The position numbers and the translations under genes are program-made. The notes beneath the pieces were generated by a model. The model saw only the letters and a list, made by a program, of their open reading frames with translations, was not told where the DNA came from and ran no database searches. From Candidatus Saccharimonadia bacterium (GTDB lineage: Bacteria; Patescibacteriota; Saccharimonadia; Saccharimonadales; 2-12-FULL-41-12), in the NCBI GenBank assembly GCA_963717365.1, contig OY970327.1, positions 720,348 through 784,347 on the forward strand: DNA of 64,000 nucleotides. The letters run 5' to 3'. How positions within the stretch are numbered: the stretch's first letter is position 1; the number at the start of each line of letters is the position of its first letter. Of this stretch, positions 20,377-30,642 are shown piece by piece.

Positions 20377-21747
20377 CTAAGAAGCGTGAGCGTAAGCCGG
20401 TTGCCGGATCAACTGCAGGTCCATCTCTGTTCCATATCCCTGGCTGTCGTTAATAGCAAGCTGAATTCTGGCGTTCTGAGGATCAACTGGTTCGCCAGCA
20501 ACAATACGATGTAATTCATTGTCAGGGTCATACGCAAGACTAGCCAAGGTTGAACCATCTTCTCCCTGACTCCATTCAATCGCGTCGTTCATGCGGCTCT
20601 CGCCGCTTCTTCGTATCGCGGTGTCCGAGTCAAATTCGACAAATCCTAGTTTCCAAAGCGCGGCCGCGGCTCCACCAACATAATCAGTTTGATCCTGAAT
20701 ATTATTATGCAACTGCCAGTTATTGCTAGTGAAACTCTCGGTAGTAAAGGCCTTCCCGCTGTTCTCTAATGCTACAGGTCCTGTTCGCTTGACAGAAGTT
20801 GGCGTTAAAGGCAGTTCCTGCGTAACAACATCGCCTAAAATCTGATAATTAAGGAGTGAAAAACTGCCGCCAATGTAGCGCTTATCGGCAGCCTGTTTCA
20901 GTGTTGATTTTGCCAAATCATCATAATCAGAAGCTGTAATGCCAAAGCGACGTGGCAGTGACCGAGAGAAAGCATCAGAATCACGCTTCGCAAAACTCTC
21001 GCCGAGCTGATTGGCCTTCTTCTGCATCTCAAAGTAACGGTCGTTTTGCATATTAACTTCATATTGCCTGTCGCGCTGATTTTGTTCGGCAGTCAGACGT
21101 TTCCGCTTTTCGGGATTTTCCTCAAGGTGTTTCTCCCAGGCTTTTTGCTTTTCAGTTTCAAACTGAGCTAAACGGCGATCAAGTGCTTGCTGACGCTTAT
21201 CATCAATAAGATCCAGCTTCTTATTAGCCCAGGATTCAACTGGACCCCTTTTAGCATTGCTGGCAGCCTGATTCTTCTTGGCAAGGCGTTCCGCTTTTTG
21301 AGTTGAACGCTGTAATCCGTTCCTATTTACACGATTAGTAAGGCTCAATATGTGAAGGCCAAGACGACGGCGTTTGCTTTTGGCTATTTCACCTAAATGG
21401 GTCTGCGGTAAAACTGCCTTGGAATTTGCTAGGTTTACACTTCTTTGGTAACGCTCAGCTTTTTGGCGGTTGCCCTCTTCGCGGTTTTCAGAAAATACTC
21501 TTGGCACATCTTTTGCGATAAGCACCAGATTAGCGACTGTAGAAACAGCCGCGCGTCCAAGCCGCTTAGTAAAGCCTACGTCGCGCTTTTTCGCCTGGCG
21601 TTGCTCGTGGATCCAATCATTCCAGATTGGTGCACCAGGAAAGGCTTCTTGTGCACCTTCAAGGCGTGCTGCACGTTTTGATTCACGTCGCCATTGTATG
21701 TCGCGCTGTATTTGTTCTTTTTTTGTATATTTTGGTGCCTTTGGCAT
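20377..21747 (-). CDS. hypothetical basic coiled-coil protein
   Basis: 456-aa Lys/Arg/Gln/Glu-rich ORF. No recognised domain. Confidence 0.55.
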   Translation of the reverse strand: MPKAPKYTKKEQIQRDIQWRRESKRAARLEGAQEAFPGAPIWNDWIHEQRQAKKRDVGFTKRLGRAAVSTVANLVLIAKDVPRVFSENREEGNRQKAERYQRSVNLANSKAVLPQTHLGEIAKSKRRRLGLHILSLTNRVNRNGLQRSTQKAERLAKKNQAASNAKRGPVESWANKKLDLIDDKRQQALDRRLAQFETEKQKAWEKHLEENPEKRKRLTAEQNQRDRQYEVNMQNDRYFEMQKKANQLGESFAKRDSDAFSRSLPRRFGITASDYDDLAKSTLKQAADKRYIGGSFSLLNYQILGDVVTQELPLTPTSVKRTGPVALENSGKAFTTESFTSNNWQLHNNIQDQTDYVGGAAAALWKLGFVEFDSDTAIRRSGESRMNDAIEWSQGEDGSTLASLAYDPDNELHRIVAGEPVDPQNARIQLAINDSQGYGTEMDLQLIRQPAYAHAS

Positions 21748-21817
21748 AATTATTACAGTATAGCACTATTTGTCTAAAATGTCAATGTATATCCGCGTTC
21801 AGTTACTTGCGCACAAG

Positions 21818-22990
21818 CTATGGCTTACCATCGTCTACCTTAGCCCGTTCATGACGGCTTAAAGCTAACCTTGTGACGCTAGGCCACGACTTGAGTGGAA
21901 AAACCTGAAGCATTCTGGAGGTTATATTACCAGCCATTGCTGGATCTAGGCCCTGATTATCAATATAGTGATTGCGGAGTGCCCCAAAAGCTTCAGCAGC
22001 AGCTTGGGTTCGTTCACGAAAAGCTGGAGCTACCTCACCTGGGTTAAAGTATTGGTTAACAATTATATCGGTGATCCCTGCTAGTATCTTAACGACTCGC
22101 TCCGGTGGGAAATCCGGATGACCTCCCGGAACCCTTTCGTCCATCATAACCAATTGAGTAAAGTAGGCATCCAGCTCATCTTTATACAATTGTTCTTGGG
22201 GCGTGTCAGTGTTTTCTAAATTTTTTATGGCCTGCTTAAATAGTTTTCGCATGCCTTCATCCTCTTCAACCATTTTCATAGTACCCATAAAAAGTTCTCT
22301 GGTGTAAGCTTCGGTTGTTCCATTGTTAAGCAAGTGCCGATCCTCATGTAGAATAGACGCTTCGTAGTTGTCGTGCGCTGCTTGATTATCAGGCTCCTCC
22401 GGCCGAGCCACAAAAAGCGTAGGTATCGTATGTATAACCGACAACGGGATAGGACAGTAAAATGCCGTGGCCTGCCCCTTTCGCGGTCCCATCATTATGG
22501 TTTGCAGATGATCAATATCATCCTGATCTAGCTCAAACTTCAGAGAAGTAGGACCGTTTACAGCTTTTACGGAACCGGTTAGGTCTATTCGTTTTCCTAA
22601 GCTACCTAGTGCTTCGTGAAAAAGTCGGCTGGATAACTTAGGTCCAGCAGTTTCCCCTGTCTCATCGATTGTAGTAGGCTCTTCCTGTCTCATCGATTGA
22701 CGAGTTGCGCTCCAAAAAGAATTAATAGTGGCTTTACGCTCAGCCATATTCCTAGCACCACAGGCAAAAACTTTCCGGTATGGGGCAAGCGGGGGGTATT
22801 TATCGGCAATCTCAAGGGCGGCATCCGACCATTCCCAGGAATTAGCGGTTGTCATTACTTTAGTTTCAAATTCAATTTGGGCAAGAGCGTAGCTCTCCGC
22901 TACTTCAATAATGCCACCCCTAGGTATCGTTTCTGATTGTTCGGCGGTGATATCATTATTTTCAATTGGGGGACGTTCTGGTGTGGGCAT
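21818..22990 (-). CDS. hypothetical protein
   Basis: 390-aa ORF. No recognised domain. Confidence 0.55.
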   Translation of the reverse strand: MPTPERPPIENNDITAEQSETIPRGGIIEVAESYALAQIEFETKVMTTANSWEWSDAALEIADKYPPLAPYRKVFACGARNMAERKATINSFWSATRQSMRQEEPTTIDETGETAGPKLSSRLFHEALGSLGKRIDLTGSVKAVNGPTSLKFELDQDDIDHLQTIMMGPRKGQATAFYCPIPLSVIHTIPTLFVARPEEPDNQAAHDNYEASILHEDRHLLNNGTTEAYTRELFMGTMKMVEEDEGMRKLFKQAIKNLENTDTPQEQLYKDELDAYFTQLVMMDERVPGGHPDFPPERVVKILAGITDIIVNQYFNPGEVAPAFRERTQAAAEAFGALRNHYIDNQGLDPAMAGNITSRMLQVFPLKSWPSVTRLALSRHERAKVDDGKP

Positions 22991-23168
22991 TTTTTCTCTC
23001 TCAAGGAATCCCTTGCCTGCTTCTATTTTGTAACCATATTTTTATATTTATATTTCATTACGCACATAATAGCACTATTTTATATATTTGTCAATTATAT
23101 CGTATATTTCTGAAGCATATCTGCCTTAAATGTTTGACTTATTCTATATTATATGTTAATATTTATAA

Positions 23169-24362
23169 ATGTCTATTGAAGCCGGCGGTGAGGTTGGTGG
23201 CTATAACCGCAGAGAAATACTAAAACTAGGTGCTGTATTTGGCGGTGGTGTTCTCACGGCTCAACTTGGCCCAGAAATTACTGGATTACCTGAAGTAAAG
23301 CCACATTATACTGAGGGCGATGTCATCCAGACTCCTATTGGCGATCTGGTAGTCGAGGGCTGGCAAGTTCAAAGAGCAATCAAAAAAACCGATGATCCTA
23401 ATGGTCTTGATGATTTCAAAATAAGTATTGTTGATGAGTTTGGTTCCAGCACTTATTTCGAAAAAAATGGTGGCTCGTATGTGCTTGGCCGCGGTAAATC
23501 GGGTAAATTTGTGGATGCGCTGCCCTTTTATCCGTCACCGTATGGAGACCCAGTTACTCTCATTTTAAATATGGGATCACGAGCAGTCGCCCACGCCAAT
23601 AGCGGTAATCCTACGGTAGCGTACTCAATAAAACCTAGGGTTTTCACTGAAAGCCAATCAATTGAGTATGGTTTTGTTCTTTCTCAGGAGCCAGTTGACC
23701 TGGGGCAACTGAAGCAGGTCGCAAATTTAAGAGAAGCCTTCCAGCCATTTGTACTGGGCCTTGCCCCAATCTATGTATTTGCCGATACAACAAAAACTGT
23801 CAAAGACGAGGTTATATCTGGTGGCAGCCAGGATTCCAGGAAGGGCGTCATAGAAATGCAGACTAGCGCTTTTACTAACCCGCTGTACGAGGGTGAAGCG
23901 CTTGGTACAGCATTTCACGAATTATCTCATGAATTTATTCGACATTTACTAGAAAATACCGCGGCTTATCCCAGTAGCGCAGATATAGTTTATGGTCTGC
24001 AAGGAGCTTATAAGCCAATAGCGGCAACCTATAAAGGCGAGTACCGCGCCGATACATTAGCTGGAATACTGACTGAATCCACCTACATACATGTTCCTGG
24101 TAAGCCTGTTGGCTCTTCTCGTGCCGGACATCCCCAGGATAATTTTAATGAAATGTTTGCCTCAACCATGACGATCATGCGCTTTCATACCGAACCATTT
24201 TTGGCTGCCTTTGATAAATTGAAGGACACCGACAAACACTTAATCAAAAGCTTTGTTCGCGCTACGTTTAACGCTTTAGCGGAAACGGGCGCTTCGGATA
24301 AAAAATTACAAAATCTACTGCCGGAGGCGGCTATAATTAAGCATCGTGTACTGGGTAGATAA
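23169..24362 (+). CDS. putative Tat-secreted HExxH metalloprotease-like protein
   Basis: N-terminal NRREILKLGAVFGGGVLTA resembles a twin-arginine signal. HELSHE motif (FHELSHEFIRHL). A -10-like TAATAT ends 6 nt before the ATG, so the mRNA may be leaderless. Confidence 0.6.
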   Translation: MSIEAGGEVGGYNRREILKLGAVFGGGVLTAQLGPEITGLPEVKPHYTEGDVIQTPIGDLVVEGWQVQRAIKKTDDPNGLDDFKISIVDEFGSSTYFEKNGGSYVLGRGKSGKFVDALPFYPSPYGDPVTLILNMGSRAVAHANSGNPTVAYSIKPRVFTESQSIEYGFVLSQEPVDLGQLKQVANLREAFQPFVLGLAPIYVFADTTKTVKDEVISGGSQDSRKGVIEMQTSAFTNPLYEGEALGTAFHELSHEFIRHLLENTAAYPSSADIVYGLQGAYKPIAATYKGEYRADTLAGILTESTYIHVPGKPVGSSRAGHPQDNFNEMFASTMTIMRFHTEPFLAAFDKLKDTDKHLIKSFVRATFNALAETGASDKKLQNLLPEAAIIKHRVLGR

Positions 24363-24477
24363 CTTACAACACTTGGTAGCTTGGTAGGTAGCGGTACGAG
24401 ATTATTCGGAAAACTTTTATTAGTATCTCGGTTCTTTTTGCATAGTTACTAGAAATACTCTTCTTTCGGGGTCAATT

Positions 24478-25629
24478 TTATAGAGTTGTGGCCACGGCCT
24501 TACGAACTAAATAGTCATCCATAATTGTATATTCATCGTCATTACCGGGAATTGGCTGCCAATTATCTTCCGGGTATAGTTTATCTTCCTCATCACTATA
24601 GTACTCGGTAACGTCACACAAGAAACCGGTATTCATCTCAAGCTTGTTGCCTGGCCAGAGCGAAACGAAGTAAACCATAACCTGCTCTTGTTGAGTTAAG
24701 CTGTTGGGCGAGTCTTGGGCATCAACCGTGAGTTCATTGGCTAACTGTCTTGCATGTTGCTTAGGAATATGCCCGTTTACGGCATGCAATATATTTAGGC
24801 CAATTACACTCTCGGGTGTCAGGGCGGAGTTAATCTCAGGATATACAGCCTGAATTGTAGTAGTGTGTGGTTCGGCTTTCGGATTTGGATCAAGTAGCCC
24901 AAAAGTCCAAACTAGATCCGGGTTGTCACCAGGAACAGCTTCACCGGTTTCCTGCAACGTCTTAATATACTCCTCGCGGGTAACTAAAGCACCGGCTGTT
25001 GTCATATATCTTAAGCTATCGGTTGGAGACGAACCATAAATCGTGTCATCAGCCTGTGCGTCGGTATGTATAACAGGATCAAACGGGCTTGCACCACCCT
25101 TGATTGACCTGTATGCAACTGCTGCCTCAGCCATTCTTTGCCGGTGGGTCAAGTTCTGTCTGAAATCAATATTCATTGGAGCTGGCATTACTCGTGTGCC
25201 TGGATTAACTTCCAGAGCGGTTTGTAGTTTTGAAACTTGGTCTTCGCTTAGTTCCGGCATTCTATAGCCCAATTGTCCCCAAAATGCGCTAGTGATTTCG
25301 AGCTGCTCGCCAGCACTCAGAGGATGCTCAGTATCAAGGTAATTCTCGACGCGCCATTCCAGTAGCTCGCCCTGCATAGCGGCTTCATCACTGGTATTTT
25401 CGGCGGTTACGGCGGGCAGGCCAGCTCTTACTCTTGCTTCTGCCATCTGGCTTTCAAGGCCTTCAAGCCCAGCCATGAGCATATCGTCAGGAATATCGTC
25501 AGACATACCGGCCACGAAACGATTAGTCATCCTTAAATAATCTTGGCGTGCTCGATCTAAGTCGGCCATTGGATCACTGGAGGAGTCGCCTTCGTCGCCG
25601 GTGGTTTGTTTTGGCGCTTTTTCAGACAT
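24478..25629 (-). CDS. hypothetical acidic protein
   Basis: 383-aa ORF. No recognised domain. Confidence 0.55.
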   Translation of the reverse strand: MSEKAPKQTTGDEGDSSSDPMADLDRARQDYLRMTNRFVAGMSDDIPDDMLMAGLEGLESQMAEARVRAGLPAVTAENTSDEAAMQGELLEWRVENYLDTEHPLSAGEQLEITSAFWGQLGYRMPELSEDQVSKLQTALEVNPGTRVMPAPMNIDFRQNLTHRQRMAEAAVAYRSIKGGASPFDPVIHTDAQADDTIYGSSPTDSLRYMTTAGALVTREEYIKTLQETGEAVPGDNPDLVWTFGLLDPNPKAEPHTTTIQAVYPEINSALTPESVIGLNILHAVNGHIPKQHARQLANELTVDAQDSPNSLTQQEQVMVYFVSLWPGNKLEMNTGFLCDVTEYYSDEEDKLYPEDNWQPIPGNDDEYTIMDDYLVRKAVATTL

Positions 25630-25911
25630 GGATGTTTGCCTTTTTCATAAATACTACTGTAGCATACTTTATGAAATATTGCAAGCATAAGCATACTCGT
25701 ATAAACCTTCCGACGACAGATTTAAATATCGAAACAATAGTGAAAACCTACTAACTTAGAAGCGTAAGTTTTTACTTTTTGTAAATTAACTTACTAGGTT
25801 TACCTGAATCTCATGGAAAGAAAAAAACAGAGCTACAAGATAATCCACGTCCTTAGTTAAGTTGTATGTACATTGTAATCAATAATTTTGATCGTGATTG
25901 GCTAGTAGCCA

Positions 25912-26484
25912 TTAACCTTGGGCAGCTTGGCGTGCTTCTGGTTGAGGATCAAAAATCTGACCTTCAATATAACGCAGGCTTTCACCAAGTGCATTATGCC
26001 CAATAGTTTGTGCAAGAAGCGTTAAACCATCTCTGGTTACGGTTATGTGTTCTTCACTACCTTCTTCTGCTACTGATATAGTCGGCTCTATAAGTTCGTC
26101 AGCCGTTCTAAGCCATATATCTGAAACATCTAGGCTCGTAAAAGCGGGGTCAAGACGAGCAACTTGCGCAGTATATTTATCAAACCTTACTCTAAAGCAT
26201 TTTATGTCTGGTAGTTTCCAGTTGTTAACAATAGTATCGCCGCTTAATCCTGAACTTTTATCAATAACGACAGCACCGCCAGAGACTTCTAAGTAATTAG
26301 CAACTCCTCTTGGCCTGACAGTAAGAGAAATTAGCCCGCTACTTTTTATAGCTTCTGCTACAAACTCCTTGCGTATACCTAATTTTTCTTCTGCTAAGCT
26401 AGGAAGTTCCGCTTTATAGGTTTCTCGTTCTGCGACAGCTTGTCTGGCTTCTCTATTTCGGCGTCTTTGGGCACGGGTAGGCAT
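25912..26484 (-). CDS. hypothetical protein
   Basis: 190-aa ORF, last gene of a three-gene minus-strand cluster. Confidence 0.5.
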   Translation of the reverse strand: MPTRAQRRRNREARQAVAERETYKAELPSLAEEKLGIRKEFVAEAIKSSGLISLTVRPRGVANYLEVSGGAVVIDKSSGLSGDTIVNNWKLPDIKCFRVRFDKYTAQVARLDPAFTSLDVSDIWLRTADELIEPTISVAEEGSEEHITVTRDGLTLLAQTIGHNALGESLRYIEGQIFDPQPEARQAAQG

Positions 26485-26501
26485 AATAATTCCTTTGAGA
26501 T

Positions 26502-26786
26502 TTAGGTCTGATTAAGCTGACCGTCTAATGATTCTTTCATTGCAACACTACCAATTACAGCACCCAGGTAGAATAAATCTGATTCTTTGGGATCTTCTGC
26601 TCCCATTCCCAAAAGAATTGATTCTAGCAATGCCCCGCTTTGAACATCATACTGTACCCTAGTTCCAAACTGTAAACCCCTTCTAAAATCACGAGAAAGA
26701 GGACTGATGTCTCTAATGACATCAACTAAATGGCCTTTAATTTCTAATGTAATACGGTCTTCACCGTCTCTTGGCAATTCACTCAT
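26502..26786 (-). CDS. hypothetical protein
   Basis: 94-aa ORF between two hypothetical genes on the same strand. Confidence 0.45.
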   Translation of the reverse strand: MSELPRDGEDRITLEIKGHLVDVIRDISPLSRDFRRGLQFGTRVQYDVQSGALLESILLGMGAEDPKESDLFYLGAVIGSVAMKESLDGQLNQT

Positions 26787-26840
26787 AATAGTAAGTATTT
26801 ATACTATATCTTAGATGTGCTGTCAAAACCCAGAAAATCT

Positions 26841-27434
26841 CTAATGTGTGGGTTCTTGGCGAGTGAGCGGTTGGCGAACGAAAATCTCTCGCTGCGTGTA
26901 TACGCCATCATCTTCGCCTGGGCCAGGCTGGGCAAAGTACGGACCAGCTTGTTCTAAGTAGGTCTTAGCGGTTTCTAAGTCGCCGCAGTCAAGCCAAACG
27001 ACACTAGAGGAGCCATCAAGTGCATCGTTATCGTTAACAGTTTCTCGAATAGCAACTGAACCGACTGGTCGATCAGCAAGTGCTTTCTCGGGGTCTTCGG
27101 CATCCCGCATTCTCTGCATTAGCTCTGGGTCCCTTAACTCATCGTTGTGCCTAATAGTAAAACCGCCAAACTCCGGTGGACGATTTTCTGCACTAGCTTC
27201 GCGGTGTATACGAGCAGAACGGGTTGACGGCCACTCAAAGTCGCCAGTTACCAAACCTGCCGCAGCCATCGTGGCATAGGCTGCATCTGCGTGGTCGGTT
27301 CGGGCTTCACGGTTAGTTTGCTGCACTCCCTTTGTTGAAGCGTTGGCAAGCATCTCCATTTCATCTTCGTGATCCTCACGCCGAGTTGCGTGATAATCAA
27401 TTGCTATTTTCTTTTCTGACTCATTGGATGACAT
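26841..27434 (-). CDS. hypothetical acidic protein
   Basis: 197-aa ORF. Confidence 0.5.
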   Translation of the reverse strand: MSSNESEKKIAIDYHATRREDHEDEMEMLANASTKGVQQTNREARTDHADAAYATMAAAGLVTGDFEWPSTRSARIHREASAENRPPEFGGFTIRHNDELRDPELMQRMRDAEDPEKALADRPVGSVAIRETVNDNDALDGSSSVVWLDCGDLETAKTYLEQAGPYFAQPGPGEDDGVYTQREIFVRQPLTRQEPTH

Positions 27435-27518
27435 AGTTATATCCTTACATTTTATCTATTTTTGTTTTTGTATCCTACGAACAATATTAGCATAAGTTGT
27501 TTATAATGTCAAGGTTCG

Positions 27519-27594
27519 TGGTCGGGGTGACAGGACTTGAACCTGCGACCTCACGGCCCCCAGCCGTACGCGCTACCAACTGCGCTACACCCCG
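27519..27594 (-). tRNA. tRNA-Pro (anticodon GGG)
   Basis: Reverse complement CGGGGTG-TA-GCGC-AGTTGGTA-GCGC-G-TACGG-CTGGGGG-CCGTG-AGGTC-GCAGG-TTCAAGT-CCTGT-CACCCCG-A-CCA folds as a cloverleaf with anticodon GGG. Confidence 0.85.
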
Positions 27595-27697
27595 TTGTCT
27601 GTTCGCCTATCTGGACAGTCAACTAACGACTTCGAATTATAGCATAGCAACAGACATAATACTTTACATTATCAAATATTTGTGCTATAATAGAATA

Positions 27698-28624
27698 ATG
27701 TCTCATCATAAAAATAAAAACTTAGAATTAACTGTTATCGACGATAACGAGCATAATCAACAACTTGCACAGCCCGCCAATATGGCAGAGCAGATCCGAG
27801 CACGGATGTCCGAAGCGCCTGTCTTCCTCGATGACAACGAACAGCGGCTTGGCACCACCGCTTACCGGTACGGCGCCTGGCCGGCTACCCCGGACACCGA
27901 TGGCCGTATCCTGACCGAAGAAATCGTCCCCGATCAGGAAGTCCTCGATATGGATGGCGAACGGGATTATTTCAGTGAAGACGCGCCTTCCCAGGCACTC
28001 GACCGCTACATGACAACTAAGGTCTTTACGAACATCATGGAGAGTGATTTAGCTCCCGCGATCCGTGTGTTTGATTTTGTTGGAAGAGAGGATGCCCTCG
28101 ACGACAACGGCTCTACCCTGCTGGCGGCAAGTTATCCGAACGCGGCTACTTTTAACGAACGACTGGCACAGACCGGCAACGCCGGTCTCACCGTAGAAGA
28201 GTTAGCACAGGAAGATTATTCAAATCAGCGTGTAGTTGAAATGGTCGCCGAAGGGCGCCTGCCGGTGACCGACCCCACCACTATGGTCATGAACGCGCCC
28301 GTCTGGGCGTTACTCCCGCCCGAAGTCCACCAGGCACTGGGCGAAAAAGCCCGTAACTGCCTGGAATCCGGCGGCACCGACGTAAACCGGGTAGCCGGGA
28401 GTATTGCCAGTATGAATCTGCTAATTTTTGGTTCTAAATTAATCAATGCGGCCAGCGAAGACCAGCCTATCGATCCGGGATACTCTGAAATTGATAAACT
28501 TGGAGAACAGCTTAACCAATTATTACGCGCCCCAGGCGGAGAAGACCTTGAAGATCACGGCCGTGCACTGGCCGAACTTACCGTTGCCCACATCCGCAAA
28601 CTCGATGCCCTAAACACAGTATAA
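27698..28624 (+). CDS. hypothetical protein
   Basis: ORF-track start 27497 overlaps tRNA-Pro on the other strand. ATG at 27698 (MSHHKNKN...) is preferred and sits just downstream of an extended -10 (tgcTATAAT, 27683-27691), so the mRNA may be leaderless. Confidence 0.55.
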   Translation: MSHHKNKNLELTVIDDNEHNQQLAQPANMAEQIRARMSEAPVFLDDNEQRLGTTAYRYGAWPATPDTDGRILTEEIVPDQEVLDMDGERDYFSEDAPSQALDRYMTTKVFTNIMESDLAPAIRVFDFVGREDALDDNGSTLLAASYPNAATFNERLAQTGNAGLTVEELAQEDYSNQRVVEMVAEGRLPVTDPTTMVMNAPVWALLPPEVHQALGEKARNCLESGGTDVNRVAGSIASMNLLIFGSKLINAASEDQPIDPGYSEIDKLGEQLNQLLRAPGGEDLEDHGRALAELTVAHIRKLDALNTV

Positions 28625-28629
28625 AATTA

Positions 28630-28890
28630 ATATTTTTAGTCATTTATTTACTAAAAATATTGTCGAATGGAAAAGGAGGATCCCAAGGCTTTAGCCTTGG
28701 CTAAGGAGGAAAAACCCTAAGCGAAGCTGGGTTTTCCCTCCTTAACAGCCGAGTGCGGCCGACGTGATTAACTTGGCTAAGATACCAAGTGGGTGATCGC
28801 ACATGGCGGCCGCAGCCCCCATAAATATTGATCTCCCAAATCACAAACTATTCAAGATAATCTAGTGTCGGTTATTCCGCTCTCGACCTC
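28630..28890. other. highly structured 260-bp convergent intergenic region (multiple hairpins, SD-like motifs without ORFs); candidate ncRNA of unknown class
   Basis: Hairpins ccaaggc-ttta-gccttgg, ggaggaaaaaccc-taagcgaagct-gggttttccctcc (13-bp stem), gctgcggccg...cggccgcag and acttgg-ctaagata-ccaagt. Direct repeat cttggctaag x2. Two AAGGAGG motifs not followed by start codons. Confidence 0.35.
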
Positions 28891-29541
28891 TTATAGTATA
28901 CCAGTTGAAGACGAGCCAGACAGCAGAAAATCAGTTACTTCTCGGTTCAATTTAGATAGTAACTGACCAAGCGGTTCAAAGAACAAAATTAGGCCAAAGA
29001 TGATAAAGATGCCGTATTGTTCCAAGCTGGCCATGGCACGTTGCACCGGTTCCGGCGCGAAGGCATACAAAACGCGCGAACCGTCTAGCGGCGGGATTGG
29101 AATCATGTTAAAGACAAATAAGCCAACGTTAATTATCACAAAGATAACTAGGACACGAAGCAAGTCTATACCTAGACTGCCCTGGAACAAATTGATAATG
29201 CCGGCACCGGCGGCCGCTAGCAACAAGTTTGTAAACGGTCCAATAGCACCAATTAAAGCCGCGCCAAACTCATCAAATTTTACTCGGTTAGGGTTGAATG
29301 GTACTGGCTTGGCAGCCAAGATTGGCGTTTGAAAGAGTAGTAGCGTCATCATAGGCAATAACAGCGTCATTACCGGATCAACATGCTTAATGGGGTTCAG
29401 CGTAATACGCCCTTCCCGTTCGGCCGTATCGTCGCCCAACCAGTAGCCAGTGAAAGCATGCATAGCTTCGTGCAAGGTTATAGAAATAACCAACACAATG
29501 AAGACAATGGCAATAGTTACAAAATCTAGTGACGTAAACAT
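28891..29541 (-). CDS. site-2 protease family zinc metalloprotease (peptidase M50)
   Basis: Polytopic membrane protein with HEAMHA (HExxH) in TM1 and NPIKHVD. Downstream LDG motif (PIPPLDGSRV) is typical of M50. Confidence 0.75.
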   Translation of the reverse strand: MFTSLDFVTIAIVFIVLVISITLHEAMHAFTGYWLGDDTAEREGRITLNPIKHVDPVMTLLLPMMTLLLFQTPILAAKPVPFNPNRVKFDEFGAALIGAIGPFTNLLLAAAGAGIINLFQGSLGIDLLRVLVIFVIINVGLFVFNMIPIPPLDGSRVLYAFAPEPVQRAMASLEQYGIFIIFGLILFFEPLGQLLSKLNREVTDFLLSGSSSTGIL

Positions 29542-29658
29542 AGTTGCTTATCAGTATACCAAGCTTAGCGTTGTCTATATATGTTGACTTTTAAGGTGTT
29601 AGGGGTTACAATTAGCAACTGAAACTTCATAAATATTTAACCGAAAGTTAATCTAGCT

Positions 29659-29886
29659 ATGCAAAAATGCGACATTACCGGCAAAGGAAAGCAGTACGGC
29701 CATAACGTCAGCTTTTCGCTGCGCCGCACCAAAAAAGTCTGGAAACCTAATCTTCAGACTAAAACTGTCATGGTAGACGGTAAAAAAGTCCGCCTTAAGG
29801 TCAGCGCCGCTGGCATCCGCACCTTGAAGAAAAAAGGCCTGTTGATCACTCCAGCTGACGCCGCCCAAGCTGCCGCCCGTAAATAG
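29659..29886 (+). CDS. rpmB: 50S ribosomal protein L28
   Basis: MQKCDITGKGKQYGHNVSFSLRRTKKVWKPNLQ is canonical L28. Confidence 0.85.
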   Translation: MQKCDITGKGKQYGHNVSFSLRRTKKVWKPNLQTKTVMVDGKKVRLKVSAAGIRTLKKKGLLITPADAAQAAARK

Positions 29887-29930
29887 AATCCAGTACTTAA
29901 TAGGGTATAGGGTTTGTTATATGACTTTAA

Positions 29931-29979
29931 GTACTATATCTCGACTTCATTAAATTTTAATGAAACGCCGATATAGTAC
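29931..29979. repeat. 49-bp REP-like palindromic repeat copy
   Basis: gtactatatctcgacttcattaaattttaatgaaacgccgatatagtac has conserved ends and centre with mismatched mid-arms. Lies 45 nt after the rpmB stop. Confidence 0.75.
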
Positions 29980-30018
29980 TCGAACATACCCGCGCGTCTT
30001 GAGCAGACAACAAAAATT

Positions 30019-30642
30019 TTATTGGGGAGTGACGACAACCAGCCGAGTACCCTCGCCCAGCTCAAAACTCTTCATTTTCACAGAGTCTATAGTCCCAGCT
30101 ACTTCCATACCCAGAGCTTTCACAGCATCATCCAAAGGTGTTTGCGGGACCTCAAACTTTAAGCCAGCACTATCGTAGTGAGTTGGTATAACAACGCGCG
30201 GCTCAATTTCTTTAATAATTTTTTGGGCGCCAATACCATCTAGGGTATAGCCATTGCCGCCGACGGGCACAAATAGAATATCGACAGTGCCTAGTGCTTC
30301 TAGCTGCACATCTGTAAGATTTGGGTGAATATGACCAGTTACAACAATGCGGAGACCGTCTACAATAATGCGGTACATAGTGGTAGAAAACTTGCCGTCT
30401 TCGTCCATATGGCTGCGGGCGGCAATTCCCTGAATGGATACATCTGATACTTCGTATTCGCCGGGTTGGTTAATAGTAAAGTGCGATTCGGCAGGTAGCG
30501 GCATATCGCCGGTTGCCAGCACGATATCCTTGGGCGAAGCAACACTTTTTCCTCCAAGTACCGCCAGATTGTCATCGATGACTATGCTGTTTTTTTTATT
30601 GGTAATTTTGATGCAGTTGGCACCATAGAAATATAATTCCAT
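30019..30642 (-). CDS. metallo-beta-lactamase-fold hydrolase
   Basis: 207-aa protein with MBL-like His/Asp pattern (VVTGHIHPN..., VIPTHYD). Confidence 0.55.
   Translation of the reverse strand: MELYFYGANCIKITNKKNSIVIDDNLAVLGGKSVASPKDIVLATGDMPLPAESHFTINQPGEYEVSDVSIQGIAARSHMDEDGKFSTTMYRIIVDGLRIVVTGHIHPNLTDVQLEALGTVDILFVPVGGNGYTLDGIGAQKIIKEIEPRVVIPTHYDSAGLKFEVPQTPLDDAVKALGMEVAGTIDSVKMKSFELGEGTRLVVVTPQ

Noticed and set aside
27497-27697. N-terminal 67 codons of the 27497-28624 ORF
   Set aside because: They overlap tRNA-Pro(GGG) on the opposite strand. An internal ATG directly downstream of a TATAAT box is a better start.
28630-28890. tmRNA (ssrA) on the minus strand because the sequence begins GGGGGCUGCGG
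   Set aside because: No tRNA-like 3' domain (no TΨC-like GGUUCGA...CCA), no tag-peptide ORF with resume codon, and the available length is too short.
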